The notes under the pieces were generated by a model. That model was given only the letters and a program-made list of their open reading frames with translations. It did not search any database and was not told where the DNA came from. From Phoronis australis (taxonomy: Eukaryota; Animalia; Phoronida): DNA of 64,000 nucleotides. A program made the translations under genes and the position numbers. Location of the stretch: the NCBI GenBank assembly GCA_002633005.1, contig NMRA01000839.1, forward strand, positions 22,330-86,329. Reading direction: 5' to 3'. Below, one piece after another: positions 14,301-26,979 of this stretch. Each line of letters opens with the position of its first letter. The first letter of the stretch is position 1.

Positions 14301-17300
14301 GGCATTATGCGATTACATGTACTTAGACTTTAAAAATCTAATGCTTGTGCTATGTATAGCATCGATGTGTCGGGCCTTATTTTGTGCACTTTTAACTTTC
14401 CACGCCAGGAGTGCTGCATCTCAATAGGCGCATTTTGGTCTGGCCAGAGACCTGTCTATTCGACTTTGGTCTGGCCCAGCAGCTTTGAACTTGCGAATTT
14501 GACATTCATCGTGATTTATTGGGTAATGTTGAAAAGGACAAAATTCGTTTAAAGCTAAAACTAGAAATATGTAGAAGTTACTCTGTCAAATTTCAATTAC
14601 TCACAGTTGCATGTACACTACAACTCAAAAATCCGTTTTTGGCACCTATCCGATGCTTGCGAGTGAAGGCCAATAAGTGAAAGTTACCGGCATGGTGCGC
14701 TGACTGCTCGGAATAAGAAGATTCCACGACTGATTCCTGTAAAATGCCTCCATGCAGCTTTTCAGTGAAGAATAACCCTGTAAAGTGGCTTTTGACCACC
14801 AGGGGTCGACTGTTCCAGACTTTGAATAATACCGCCCTGCAACAGTGTCATAAATAAATCAGTCACAATGCGACTGGAACTCAAACCAGAGCAAAAAGTT
14901 TGAGCCGTCTTTCAAAAACCAAATATTGTTTGCATCAGGTCACGTGATGTGATCAAAAAGATGGCGGATTGAACGGGATAAACTACTTGCAACTGGTTTC
15001 GCATTGTTATTTACTTAGATTAGAAACGTTCCTAGTTCATTACTGCCTCACGCCATGTTTATCGTCACGGCGGGTCAGTCTCGATTGACAAGTTAATGCG
15101 ATAGTGAGGAGAAAATAATTCCAATCGAAACGAAGAATGTTATTATGGGAGCCAGATTAGGCCTAGCTAAGGGTGGGGGATAACTCACGACGCAGCCCTT
15201 AGAAAACCCTGATGCTACAGTCGTTTTTTATCAAAACCAGAAACTTAGGAAAGCACAAAATGTCAATTTCGACGCTCACAGAATGAGTGCATCACTCGGG
15301 TCTACAAGGCTGGTGAATATCCTGACTGCGTCCGGTTCTCATCGTTTCCAGGGGAACACTTGTCAAGTGAACATAAATCAATGATGAGCTTTGCTAATGT
15401 CTTTTCTGGCACACGTTCACACCTTTATCTCGATTCAACCCATCTTTACATGTGTACAGAACGATTGGAAGATGCTGGATATCTGGTGGCTGATGGCGTG
15501 AGGAATTTGTGAACGTTTAGGGGAAGCAGTTGGTAGCGACGGCGCTGCAAAGCTTTGCAATCTCTACTAAGAAGCTGAAGTTAAAAGCAATGGGCCCATT
15601 TGCTATCACTTCAAGCGAATAATATCTCATCAACTATTTATCAATTACAACAAAATTCCAAAACCAAACACAATCAGCCATAAAAAGTATATGTTATTCC
15701 CAAATTGCCATGTCCAAAAGAATTGCGACTTTTTCAGCAAAGACTTTAATAAGAAGAAAATGTTCAAATGTATATGAATTTGTACTTATACAAAAGTCAC
15801 AATAGATGGCGCTCTGAGGTGCTGTAAAAAGTAGGCAAGTAAATATTCCTTATTTCAAATATGCACGAAAATCTTTTCGCTTGCATGTGCCACCATATCT
15901 ACAAAACATATTCACAAATACTAGAAAATAGTGATTGAAGGTAATTGAAATTGGGTTTGCAATTTTGAACCCCCAATCGCACTCCTCGTTCCATTAATGA
16001 CACTTCAACAAATTTATAAAATTTTCTAAAATTTGATTTATTCTAGTTGCAATAGGACATAAATGTGTTATGTCTCTTTCTTATTTCCATCCGAAGTTAC
16101 GATTTTTATTATAAAAGACAATTTTGTGTTTTCCCGTTTCTATAGAACAGGTGTGAAGCGCAAAAAGTTGACAAGCTGTTTCTGGCATCAATCACTTTCT
16201 GATGCAACGGGACAATAGCCAACTGCCGTCACCACCAGTGGTTGTTACCCTGAAGATCGAAGTACTTTTTCTCGTATAGCTACCAGATTATAAGAATGCA
16301 ACTAAGTTGTCTCAGACCTGTTTATACGCCTGAGAAGAAAGATGACGTACTTGACATGAGAAATAGCGGTTTTCAATTTATTCTTAAATTATAAATATCG
16401 CACTACTCAGCAACTGATAAAGTGCGTCATATGAATACCTGTCACTCTAAAATGATCCTCTTGATTTTATGTTTAACTACAATGATACAACATGTATGTA
16501 TAATGATATTTTTTTCATGTCATACCCTACCCAAGTTGAAGGCTAACGACAAAACCTTAAGTTTGTGTTTTGTCTGTCGAAATCCTTTAAAACAGGGAAA
16601 ATTGCCTCAGGTTTTGGTTACAGCATTAAAACGAAAATCACTTTGAAACTTTTTGTTAACGTTGCAAACTATGGAGAAAACGAGGGCTTTCTAACAATTG
16701 CACGTAAACAGTAACCTCCGACACTCTTGTTGGCCTACAGACAATACCTGTTTCATCAACCGAGTGAATCAGTTCACGTGCGATGATGCTTCCCAAGGCT
16801 CCATAGTTGAAGAAGTACGGTAGATCATCTTCGTAGGCGGGGACTTGAAGTATTCCAGCTGGGACCACCAACTGATTCCATTCATAGTCGTACTTGACTT
16901 TCGCATCATAAGGTCTAAGTTTCCACTCCATGCGGTTGATAGTCTGATGGAGTTGTTGGTTCCACAGCGACCTCTCAAATTGTTTCAATTGCAGAACATT
17001 GTGAAAGAATTCGTCGCGCTTGATAGTCAGCTGAAAAAGATTCCAGAAATCTCGACATCGTCATTCACGATTACCCAAGATAACGTGTCGCACTTTGATA
17101 TTCACTAAAAATAAGTTATAGACACAGGATCGCACGTATCTTAGATGTACAAATAACTGTTTCAGCACAATTTACCGCAGCAATAAGAAACGTTCACTAT
17201 CAAACAGGCTAGGCCCACTTATGTCTAACAAATTTGTTGCTCACGTCTTTGTAGATATCGTTCACGTAATCCTCACGCAGTAGACTTTCTGGGAAGCGCA

Positions 17301-20300
17301 CTTTATCCAACACTGTGTCTAGTTTTTGCCAGGCCCTCATCTTTGTTTCATCGTCCATCCACTTTAGAGAAATAATTGATTGCTTAAAGGAGGATTTCAG
17401 TCTCGAGATCATCTCATGAATCTGAAGTAGAAAAAATCCTCAGCTCACTTTTATGTACGTAGATGTTTAGCGTTAAGAAAGTAACTTATTCTCATGAGCG
17501 CTAGAGCTCATCATTATGCGCACAAAAATCACCACAAGGCAAGCAGCAGCCCAGAATTGACCTATTGCCAGCCTCCCGTTCAGTAACGCTAGGACCTAGC
17601 TTAAAAGCAAGACTTTGAGAGATTACGCGAGATATTGCCGTGTATTTTAAATAAGAGCACGTGACCTTGACTAGTTTGGCTAGGTCCTAGCGTAGGTCCT
17701 AGCGTCTACTGAACGCATGCCAGGACTTTGAGTGACGGCTTAACTGACCATTTAGAACTCATCGTTCTTGACACATCTTCGTTTCCAAGCCGCCATTTTA
17801 CCCGACAAACAACCCGTTACCGTGTAAAACTTATTGTTTGTTAATCGACATTACGCAAGGGGGCGGAGCTTGCGATAGGTCAATTACAACGCCTTAACTT
17901 ATCAGAATGTGTGTCCCAATCGCATAACGGTAAGGCAATTATTATCCAGATTAAAAATATCGAAGTATTGTTGCTGTCTTAAATAAAAATGTTAAAGTAT
18001 TGAAATACATTAACAAAATTAATTGACGAATATCCGTCAGAGTAATTAACCAGCCGTCAGGTGTTAATTGAAAAGCGTCACTGATGGAGAAGTGTAGTCA
18101 CGTGATGTAAACAAAAACCTGCCAGTGATAAACAGCCAGCCGTCCAGTAACGCTAAGTCCTCCTCAAAACAAGATTGGCGTAAGATATAGCCGTGTATTT
18201 TAAATGAGAACGTGTGATTTTGGCTAGATTTTAGCAAGGTCCAAGTATAGGTCCTAGCGCGTTACTGAGCTTGACCTAGTTCTGTACAAGACAAATGTGA
18301 GCGACAGCCGATACCGAGGAAAAAAGGTTAAAAGACTTTATTGGACTTGTCTGTATGAGACAACAAATATCTCTATGGTATAAATAGAGGAGTAGAGTTT
18401 ATTGAGTTTCCAAAACAGACAAGACACAACAACTCCGGGAAAATGTTGTGGGCCGACTTTAGCGTGCCAGTGTCTACACGACCATACAGTGGTGAACAGT
18501 CTCTTTACCAAAGATGTGAAGTGTAAATAAACGTCCAATAATGACACGCAATTACATAAATGTCTGATCTCTACGTAGAATAGTGTGGGCAATATTACCT
18601 GGTCAGTAGCGTCACTGGTGATATTTCAAGGCTGTGTTCCTTTGCAACATTGTTTGTAAGGATATTTCATCGTTTACTTTTCCTTTGCAACCAAGCATAA
18701 AGCGCAACCTTGTTCCAATTTTTGTGAAGTTAACACATTTTTGGTGACCTGCCTCTTAAGTTTCCCGGAGTATATTCAAGAATTGGTTGGGCATTTTAGA
18801 TTCAACTGTTCACGAATCTTCTCAAACCTTGTGCAAAAAGCACAAAAACAACCCGTGAAAATTTCGTAAATGTTAAAACAACCATTCAGGACGTGGTAAG
18901 CAATATCATGTATTAGTTCTTCAGTGAGCGTGGTCTATCTTTTTACGGATACCCGACATTTTGTGGGCGGTTTTTGTCCCGTGGCTGAAATTCCCTATAG
19001 TCTACTACTTAGAGGCTTGGATTGAAATGACATCTTGACTTGGAAAAGGTATTTTGTGTTAAAAACACGGATGGTCAATTTCAAAATTCAAATTCATCGA
19101 AACTCGTTTGAATGCTAAATACCAATAGAAAGGTCCTCGTATTAATACCGGATATCTGTTTCGTTGTCCTGCTTTGAGAATAGTGCCGTGCAAACAAAGC
19201 ACTGACAGCGTCCTCCATCTGGGCAGAAACAAAGTTGAAGCATGTTGTCCACAGTGGCGGAAATTCTGATGTTTGACGTAAAATGCTATCGAATTCTCTT
19301 TTGGCATGAACGTACTCCCACGACAAATACTCCAAATAGGAATGCATCAAACGCCAGGCCAAATAATTGTGGATTTCTCTGTGAATATAGATACATACAT
19401 GTTTTCATTTACGTTGATATTAAGAATGATTCGCGATGCAAAAGTGACAGTTCGTCCAACTGTTTCCATTTCGATATATCTCGATATAAACACTCTGTCG
19501 CTGATCCTCAGATGCAAAAGACCGTTCAAGGGCTTCATAATCCTCGGAATACAGGGTCTATGGAACTTAAGACTCAAATATATACTACATATGCTGTAAA
19601 TTACTTATCCTGGCTTTCGATTCAAGCTACAGGCACCTAGGATCAGCGCAGACTGATGTCAACGAGCTGAGGTGCCAGCCGCATGCGCACCATTGCGGAG
19701 CTGACAACAGGCGCCAGGCGGGGTACACGGCAGCAAATGAATGAATTAGCCGCTAGTTTAGTGAATTGTTATCACCTGGGCATGAGCTATGGGTTCAGCC
19801 ATTGTTCACTTGACAGCCAACTCGTAACTATGGCAGTTTTACTATAGCCCATTTCAGAAAAAAATATTGGTGCCAAAACGAGTTTTTTAAGCTTAAAAGG
19901 TTAAACGGGACTTTCATGAAACAGTCCTTTTCACCCCGAGTGCAAGAGTTTGCAACCGTAATCAAAGTAAAGGTTCTCTTCTGCAAACAACTGCAAGAAA
20001 CTCGCTGCTTAACGTGCCTAGCAAGCGCGTGCTAGCTACCCGACCACCTAGCGGCACGCAGGGAACCAGCGAGCTGCAAGATGATACTATGTTATCCCGT
20101 ATGTTACCTTCCACTGTTGCTGTCCTGAAGAGAGTCAATAATTAGGAGCGCCACCTGTTGAAGATATTCCGTTGACGCTACTATCAAGGAGTGTACGAGT
20201 ATAGGAGAGTTCACTCAGCCATTTTACCATTCGCCGCAATGGTTACCGGTCGAAACACTAGCGCTCCAAGCGGTGAATAATCAATACTTACTTAGGAGCG

Positions 20301-23300
20301 CAGTCCGAACAATGTAAACACTGATGAATTCATACTTTAATGACGTTCAACGTGCAATAAAATTACTGTGTGATTGAAAATGGTTAGAATACGTAAACTA
20401 ACATCCATTTATAATCGAATGAGAAAGAAAATGTGTATTTTAATCAATATTAAAGTGTATTTGTTTTTATTCTTTTGAAGCTCCCTTCANTATATGCGTG
20501 TCGTTGTTAAACGAAACAGTTGAGAATATTGAACTTATTACACGTGCAAAGACTGTTGAGTAGTTTGCTGAGAGAGTAGAAAGTGACAGCCGTTTTCTAA
20601 GAGATGGAACGGAGAGGCTATTCGGTATGGATGCCAATTTCATCTCAAAATTTATCGTGTCGTTGACGAAAGTATACGCAATCTGCTTGCTCGTGTTGTT
20701 GTGATAGTCCATCCCAGAATCCCGCATCAACAGATGTACAACTTTGTCCATATATCTACGATATGCCGCAACCTGCCAGAAAAAAAATGTAGTTAGCCTT
20801 CTATCCTCATATAGGATATGCTAACAAGGGCGGATCCAAGATTTTGAGTTGGGGGTGGGACAGGGCACAGGAACAATCAGAATTTCGGCAGATGCGCGCG
20901 CCCACCCTAAAATGTAGGGATGCAGGGGTCTCGAATTTTTGGGTTTGCGGACCTTTTGAGTAAAAAAAATAAAAAGGTAAACGAGGTTTGTTCAGGCCCC
21001 TGCATTGTTTATTCACCCACCGAGCCCCTGGGATGCGCGCATATGCTAGTTAATTGGTATCTTCTAGAAATTTAGGGGGGGCAATGGCCCCCTTGGCCCC
21101 CTTGCCACCCCCCACCCCTAAATCCGCCACTGGCTATATAAATCGAGCGATTGTTCACCTCTGGGAAACAAACATAAAGAAATTTAAAGGATTCTATGAG
21201 ATTAGTTTTCCATATGCAATAAACCAACAGGCTTACACGACTATATTCGAGAAACAAACACCTGGCGTAGACAAAAACTACAAGAGCACAAGCGGTAAGA
21301 AATCTTCAATTCATCATCTTTTCAGTCACGCCAGGGACACAATGTCAGCTAGCACAACTATGCGGTCTATCAGTGAACACAGCAATTGTACATAGACATG
21401 GTCTGCTAATGAACACAGCAGTTTTTATAGACACACGGTCTGCCAGTGAACACAAAACTGAGCTCGCTGCATTTAGACACACTGTGTATCTCGGCAGTAC
21501 GGTGATTCCAGCAGTTGTACTTTATAATACGGAGCTCCCAGTTACAGCATCAGTCGTACTAAAGCTTTGCAAGTGAGCCTCAGTGGAGTCTCTTCTCATT
21601 CATGATAAATTAATCATCACTACGAGCTTTCAACAACGATCAGCTAAACTCTACCTTTCCCGGCCACCTGTAGGTGAATCTGTGCATGCCCAGGCCACCA
21701 TCACCAACCTACAACAAGCAAAAAAATCACACTCAAAAGACAATACAATTGTGTTACCAATTTTTTACACATCCTCGGTACTCAAAGGGAAAAAGACTGA
21801 AATAGAACACGGCAATTAATCATTTGGTGTCTTAAAATGAATGCCTTCATACTTACTTCAATCATAAATTTTGCAGAGCCATCGGTTGCCTTGACAGGCC
21901 TGAGATTAACTGCGAACAAAGCTTGTGTCCAATAGTCAGCGACCACTCTTTGAAAGGCTTTAGGAAAGTTCCAACTACTGTTCCAATTTCCAAACAAATA
22001 CCTTACGAAGCAGAAAGGTTGCAGATTACGATTACGACAATAACTTGGTTTGGAAGTAAGATTGTGCATTGTTGAAGACCACTTCAAATTGGAATGAAAT
22101 AACTTTGATGCGGTTTAATAAGACAAAATATACCAACTTGACGTACGACAATGTAAAGCCAAAAGTGACAAATTGGCTTATTAAGAACACCTTTTCTTCT
22201 GATAAACTCAAAAATCCAAATGAAACAGACATTCAGGTTGAATTGGCATTCAATTCCAAGACCGTCCTACCGACTAAAACCTTCAATTGCAATACCATGG
22301 ACTGCACGAATACACAGGGCGCAAAGATTACAAACCTAAAAAAATCACAAAACCTAAGAGTGTAGTGGAAGCTAGTCATGACAAAGTGTGTTTAGTAAAC
22401 ACCTGACAGTACATTAAACCAAAAACAATTTCAAATGACAGAAAATTTGACAAAAGAATTTTTTTTGCTCGTAACATACTTAGATATGCCTAACATATAG
22501 ACAATTTATATTCTAAACTACTGCTGAAGTAAACAGCGCATGCGCGAAGACCAAAAATGCAGCCAATCATTCTTCAATTTGAAAGTACTATTGAAGTTTC
22601 CACAAGCGTAGATAATGTGTTTTGGATGGGCCCACGCATGCGAAAGCATACACACACGGGTGAATATTGTTGCCATCTCTGTCGGGCGAATAATGACTCT
22701 GGCGTCCGTTCGGCGTTCATATCTCTTGAACCCCTTGCAGGTACTTTAAAACTTTAGCAAGTGGATTCCTATGAATTTGACTACGGTGAAAAAAACTCCA
22801 CTGAATCTTCGAAGTTCCTGAATAGATATTCATGAAATTTGATCAAGGAAACGATGATACGTTTCTACATTTAAATTAATGCAACGTTTCTTACGCCAAC
22901 AAGTGCTCTTTTTTAATACTTTCACGCCCAACGGATCAACATGGAAATTGGCTTATGCATGTCTATTGAAAAGAGCACAGCGGACCATATATATTACTGT
23001 GGTGACCCCTAAAGGCAATTTTGTTTTCATGTCGTCTGTCACTCAATATCTACCAAGCCCAATGAATATTCTTTCATGTGGTGTTTGTTTCTGTTAAAGG
23101 AGCATGCCACCCAAAAAACAACCTATTTTGTATCAGTTTAGATCGAGTAGTTCTACTCGATAACGGCACGTTTGGTTGCGTTACCTGACACCTGACGGCA
23201 GACAAAGGTGTTGAAATTATCCAATGACGTAATTGGTTTCACACGCAGTCTGTTCAGCAGTTCACAACACGGGTTAGTGGTGTCAGCTTATCGCTTGAAT

Positions 23301-25533
23301 TCATCTTTTAACACCATTCTTCCTTAATTGTAATTTTTCGTGCGAACACCAACCGCTTCGCGGATAAGTGTCGTGACTGCATTTCGTAGGTTTACGCCTA
23401 CTTCCAATAGAGGGCGCACTCGTAAGTAGTGAGAGCACGAAAGGAACTTTCGACTGAAACGGATTCTTGGTGGACAGAAATTTAATTACTACATAATGGT
23501 TCTTGAATATAAAAGCAGAGGAATAAATTCCCTCCCGTTGTTTTGATTAGATGAAGTTCACTTATTTATTTTAGCTTTCAGACATCGGCTGGGGTCTAAA
23601 TTCTCCCCCTTTATCAGCGGCAGCCACTGGTTTTGTCGCACATACATCTTCGCTGTGGGAAATGTATGGAACAGAATGACCTTGCTCATTAATTGATATT
23701 TCGAAAGTTTGGCCGTTTTCACAACACATTGGTACACTCAACAACAGTGGAAATTTTCTGGCATCATAATAGCAGGAAAGGTATTAAAACGCTGTTTATA
23801 CGAGTAGATTGAAACCTCCTGCCACATCACTGGGATCACAAGTGACACTGAACGCATGCCCACCAAAGACCTGGTCGCCGTCTGGCGGGATAGTGAATTT
23901 CAATATGGCGCGGGTATTTCGAAAGGCAGCTATTTCATTTTTTAAAATAATGCTGAAACCACGGAAAGTTCTAGGCAAGGCCTTTTCACCAACCTAAACA
24001 TCCGTTATGGCCGTGGATTTCAGAATGTCATGACCACAACCGTGCTCAGAAACTACACTGTATAAGGTAATACCTACCCTCCGCTCATGGCATCTTTGAC
24101 GATTTTGGTCAACGGATTGCCAACTGCTTTCATTGTCTCGAAGTCGTTAATACAAGATTTGTACAATGTTTTTACTTTGTATTCAAAAGTCCTGTAAAAA
24201 TACGACAAGCCATATTAATCGACATAGTGAAGAAATGAACACTGTTACTGAGGCAGGTGAAAAAACGGTTAATTAACGATTGATGCCTGGCGCAACAACG
24301 TCGGCGGCGGCAAAATAGTAACTGCAAGAGCATAATCCCTGTCAGCGATAGATTCTTTAGAAATAACACAAATATTTACATTGTGAGCGAAAGACAAAGA
24401 ATAGTGACTAATATCAACACTAGTCGGAGCTGTGGTGTCGTGATTATAACAGTGATTGCGACTGTTGTAACGCTAGCGACATCATTAGTATAATTAGGAG
24501 TAGACCTCGCAGTAATTATGACAGGCTTGTAACCTTTGTTAGTGATGGGTGATACAGTGACGTAAGCATTAAAATTGTTGCCGATAGATATCAATGTAGC
24601 TGAAAGCGATGTAGGAGTAGTGGTTTTAAACATTTTTCTGATAAGCAATATTGCATGGATGTATATTCACTGGTATTTATTGGATTTAACTCCGATGACG
24701 CATCAAAATTCATTTTTTGCAGTGCATCTTGTAATATTTTTAACATTACATTAGAGCAACAGGTGTAATGGTAGTGCGGCGAGTATTAACACTGCTAGCG
24801 ATAAATGTAGTTATTGTGAGTACACAATTTGCACCAGTTATTTGCCATACATATATGTATGTATAGGCGTATCTAATATGTTCGAGTGTGTGCGCTTGTC
24901 TGTACTTGGAAACCGTAAAACTGGCGACAAAAAGTGCATCTTTTATAAATAATCTCACCTGTTATTCTTGCTATCGATGGGAGTCTGCAGCAGTTTATGG
25001 AGTAGCTCGGAATTTCTGGCAGACATTTCTCCCTGGACTGTCCTTTCAAGTTCGCTTGGATTTAACTCGTGCTTGAGCTCCCATCCGTTGCACGCGTAAG
25101 AATAAAAATCAGTGCAAGGGTCATAGGAAGTGTTCCTATTTCTTATTAATAAAGACGAGGCTTGGAGACAACCACGCGTTGTACAAAACGACGGACATGG
25201 CGGCGACAGCTTGCACGGTTTGCACGGTTTGCACGTGGTCGGGGCTGGAGTCGCTAAAGTTGTAGTTGGAGAATGCTGATATACAAAGGTAGACGCGGAG
25301 GGTTCAAACGGTAACGTCGAGAAAGTCAGTGACAAAGATTGACTTCGTTCAGATCCGAGAACAACAGCGAGAGCTAATGTCGTGATGAGGAGCGCGACCG
25401 AGAGAGCTGAGAGAAATAGCACTGCCCAGAAAAGGTACCTTTTCGAATACTGGTTGACGGGGGCACTTCCGGACGAAACAATCGTTTCGATTTCATCCAG
25501 GTTTTCTTGTCTGTATTTAAAAGCAGTGGACAT
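11308..25533 (-). CDS. Neprilysin/endothelin-converting enzyme-like M13 family type II membrane protein, probably non-catalytic (~805 aa, 14 coding exons)
   Basis: Exons 25533-24959 (short tail, TM, CTTRGCLQAS...DPCTDFYSYACNGW), 24191-24078 (KVKTLYKSCIN), 22001-21857, 21708-21655 (VGDGGLGM), 20772-~20491 (donor lost in N gap), 20180-20108, 19378-19156 (HNYLAWRL..WTTC), 17421-17245 (LKWMDDETK), 17030-16748 (NQLVVPAGILQVP..NYGALGSIIARELIH), 14836-14688 (PWWS..C), 14120-14046, 13704-13609 (FFLSYAQ), 12492-12419, 11407-11308 (EEFSKAFGC..MNPQNRCEVF*). Confidence 0.93.
11898..12053. mobile_element. MITE (PIF/Harbinger-like)
   Basis: TIRs CTGGGCCCAGTTGCATAAA ... TTTATGCAACTCAGCCCAG with a palindromic interior. 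Confidence 0.75.
17554..17885. mobile_element. MITE (AATTGACCTAT TIR family) interrupted by a second MITE at ~17571-17720
   Basis: Outer element matches the reverse complement of 44045-44222. Inner element has TIRs CGTTCAGTAACGCTAGGAC / GTCCTAGCGT.TACTGAACG; related copies at ~18140-18270, ~9594-9618 and ~10566-10590. Confidence 0.75.
20827..21133. mobile_element. Short non-autonomous DNA element(s) of the AGGGGCGGAT...ATCCGCCACTG type
   Basis: GGGCGGATCCAAGATTTTGAGTT at the left and AAATCCGCCACTG at the right; same family at 55629-55796. Confidence 0.6.
21345..21486. repeat. Degenerate minisatellite, ~37 bp, ~4 copies
   Basis: CAGTGAACACAGCA...AGACAC(A)GGTCTGC repeated. Confidence 0.6.
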
Positions 25534-26979
25534 TTTCCTGAAAGTAAAAACACACCACTTTCAAGCAACTTGACCCCACAGTCATCCGTGCGTGCACAAT
25601 GTAAAGTTTCAAATGGAGGCGAAGATACACGTAAATACGGGCAGATGACACTGGGTTTAATGAAATATCGAATACACAATTAAAACCTTAGAGTTTCTAG
25701 CTGTAATATATTTTCCATGTCTGGGTATGGATTTCACCAGCGTTTTCTTGTCATGATTTCCAGCCGGCACACCACTAATGTCATTCAAATTTAAAATATT
25801 TAGCTGTTGAGGTGAATCACAGGCGAGACAAAAAGCGGGTGAGAAATTACAATTGTGAAATCGCAGAAGTAAAATCGTCGATCTACTTTGACCAGCGATA
25901 TCACCACTCTGTTGTTTTAAATTAACGACCTTACTTATAGTTCAATGGTGTTCTGGTGAGCTTAGCAACCAGTCTACACTGGGACTCTCTGTCAAAATGC
26001 TGAGGCGTGCTTCTACAGTGTAGTAGGGTTTGGTAATATTTTGAAACGATAGAGGGACTATTTAAGAAGAGCAATTGATTTTCAGAATTTAATTGCTAGA
26101 CAGAACAAACCTGTAGATGTAGCTGCACTTACTACTACTTGTGACTGAGGGTGGCGCTGTCGGTGCCGAGATGAATGGGGCTCGCCAATAATTCCAAGGC
26201 AGGACTCGGTGTTGAGAATTTCTCAATATTGTTCCTGGTGAACGACTAGTTTTGATGCAGCGATGCAACGACTAGAAATCTTAATATATATAAAAATTAC
26301 CTGAAAACTTAAATCAAGTAAATTCTCGATTGGCACTTTGTTTCACAATCGTGGGCTTATACGCTAACCGGATATGTCTGCCAGACGTCATCGTGTAATT
26401 ATTCTCGTTTTACGTTTCATTTAAAACATCTGCACTGCACATTTCCACGCTAGAGTTCATATATGAAGTGTTCGTGTGTGACGTATTCATTCAGTATTCA
26501 AATGGTACGACATGCCAGCAACAAATGTGCGTCTGCTTGAGGATGACGTCACAGTTCACCTTCCCAATAGATTATCATTTGTGTCATGTCAAAAGACTAA
26601 AACAAAAACTAAAAACGTACAGAAGCGGAAGAAGGTGGTGCGGACACGTTGAAGCATTCAGGCAATATTAAAAAGCAATGATGTAACGTGCATGATGCCT
26701 GCAGATGCCACTAGGAAGGCCAAATGCATGACGCCAGCAGATGTCACTAGAATAGGGAAGGCTTTTTCACATACCGCAGTGACAATAAGTGCTTCAAGAG
26801 GTACACCAACAAATTAAAATCGCGCCGACAGAAGAGGCGCAGGTTGAAAATTTGGTTCAAATGTTGACATTAAACAAATATATGTACATTAGGAAACGCC
26901 CGTTCGTCAGAAGAGCGCCAGGTGACGCCCTAAGCTCGGAAAGGCCCGCGTTGACATCATTGTCTTTGTCATTGTCTCA

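Noticed and set aside
16228-16280. Minus-strand KYFDLQGNNHWW, resembling the M13 'YDxxG..WW' exon
   Set aside because: Immediately followed by a stop. The true exon with good splice sites is 14836-14688.
20490-20491. Missing splice donor / apparent truncation of M13 exon 5
   Set aside because: Coincides with an N join; an assembly gap rather than evidence of pseudogenisation.
21237-21240. Apparent 4-nt microexon on minus (TAG|TCGT|GTAAGC) in the M13 gene
   Set aside because: The flanking exons already join in phase 0 (AAG|GTAGAG donor at 21655 to 20772). Inclusion would frameshift unless a weaker upstream donor were used.
24376-24958. Thr-rich minus-strand ORFs suggesting a mucin exon
   Set aside because: Degenerate low-complexity intron sequence with stops; exons 1 and 2 join in phase without it.
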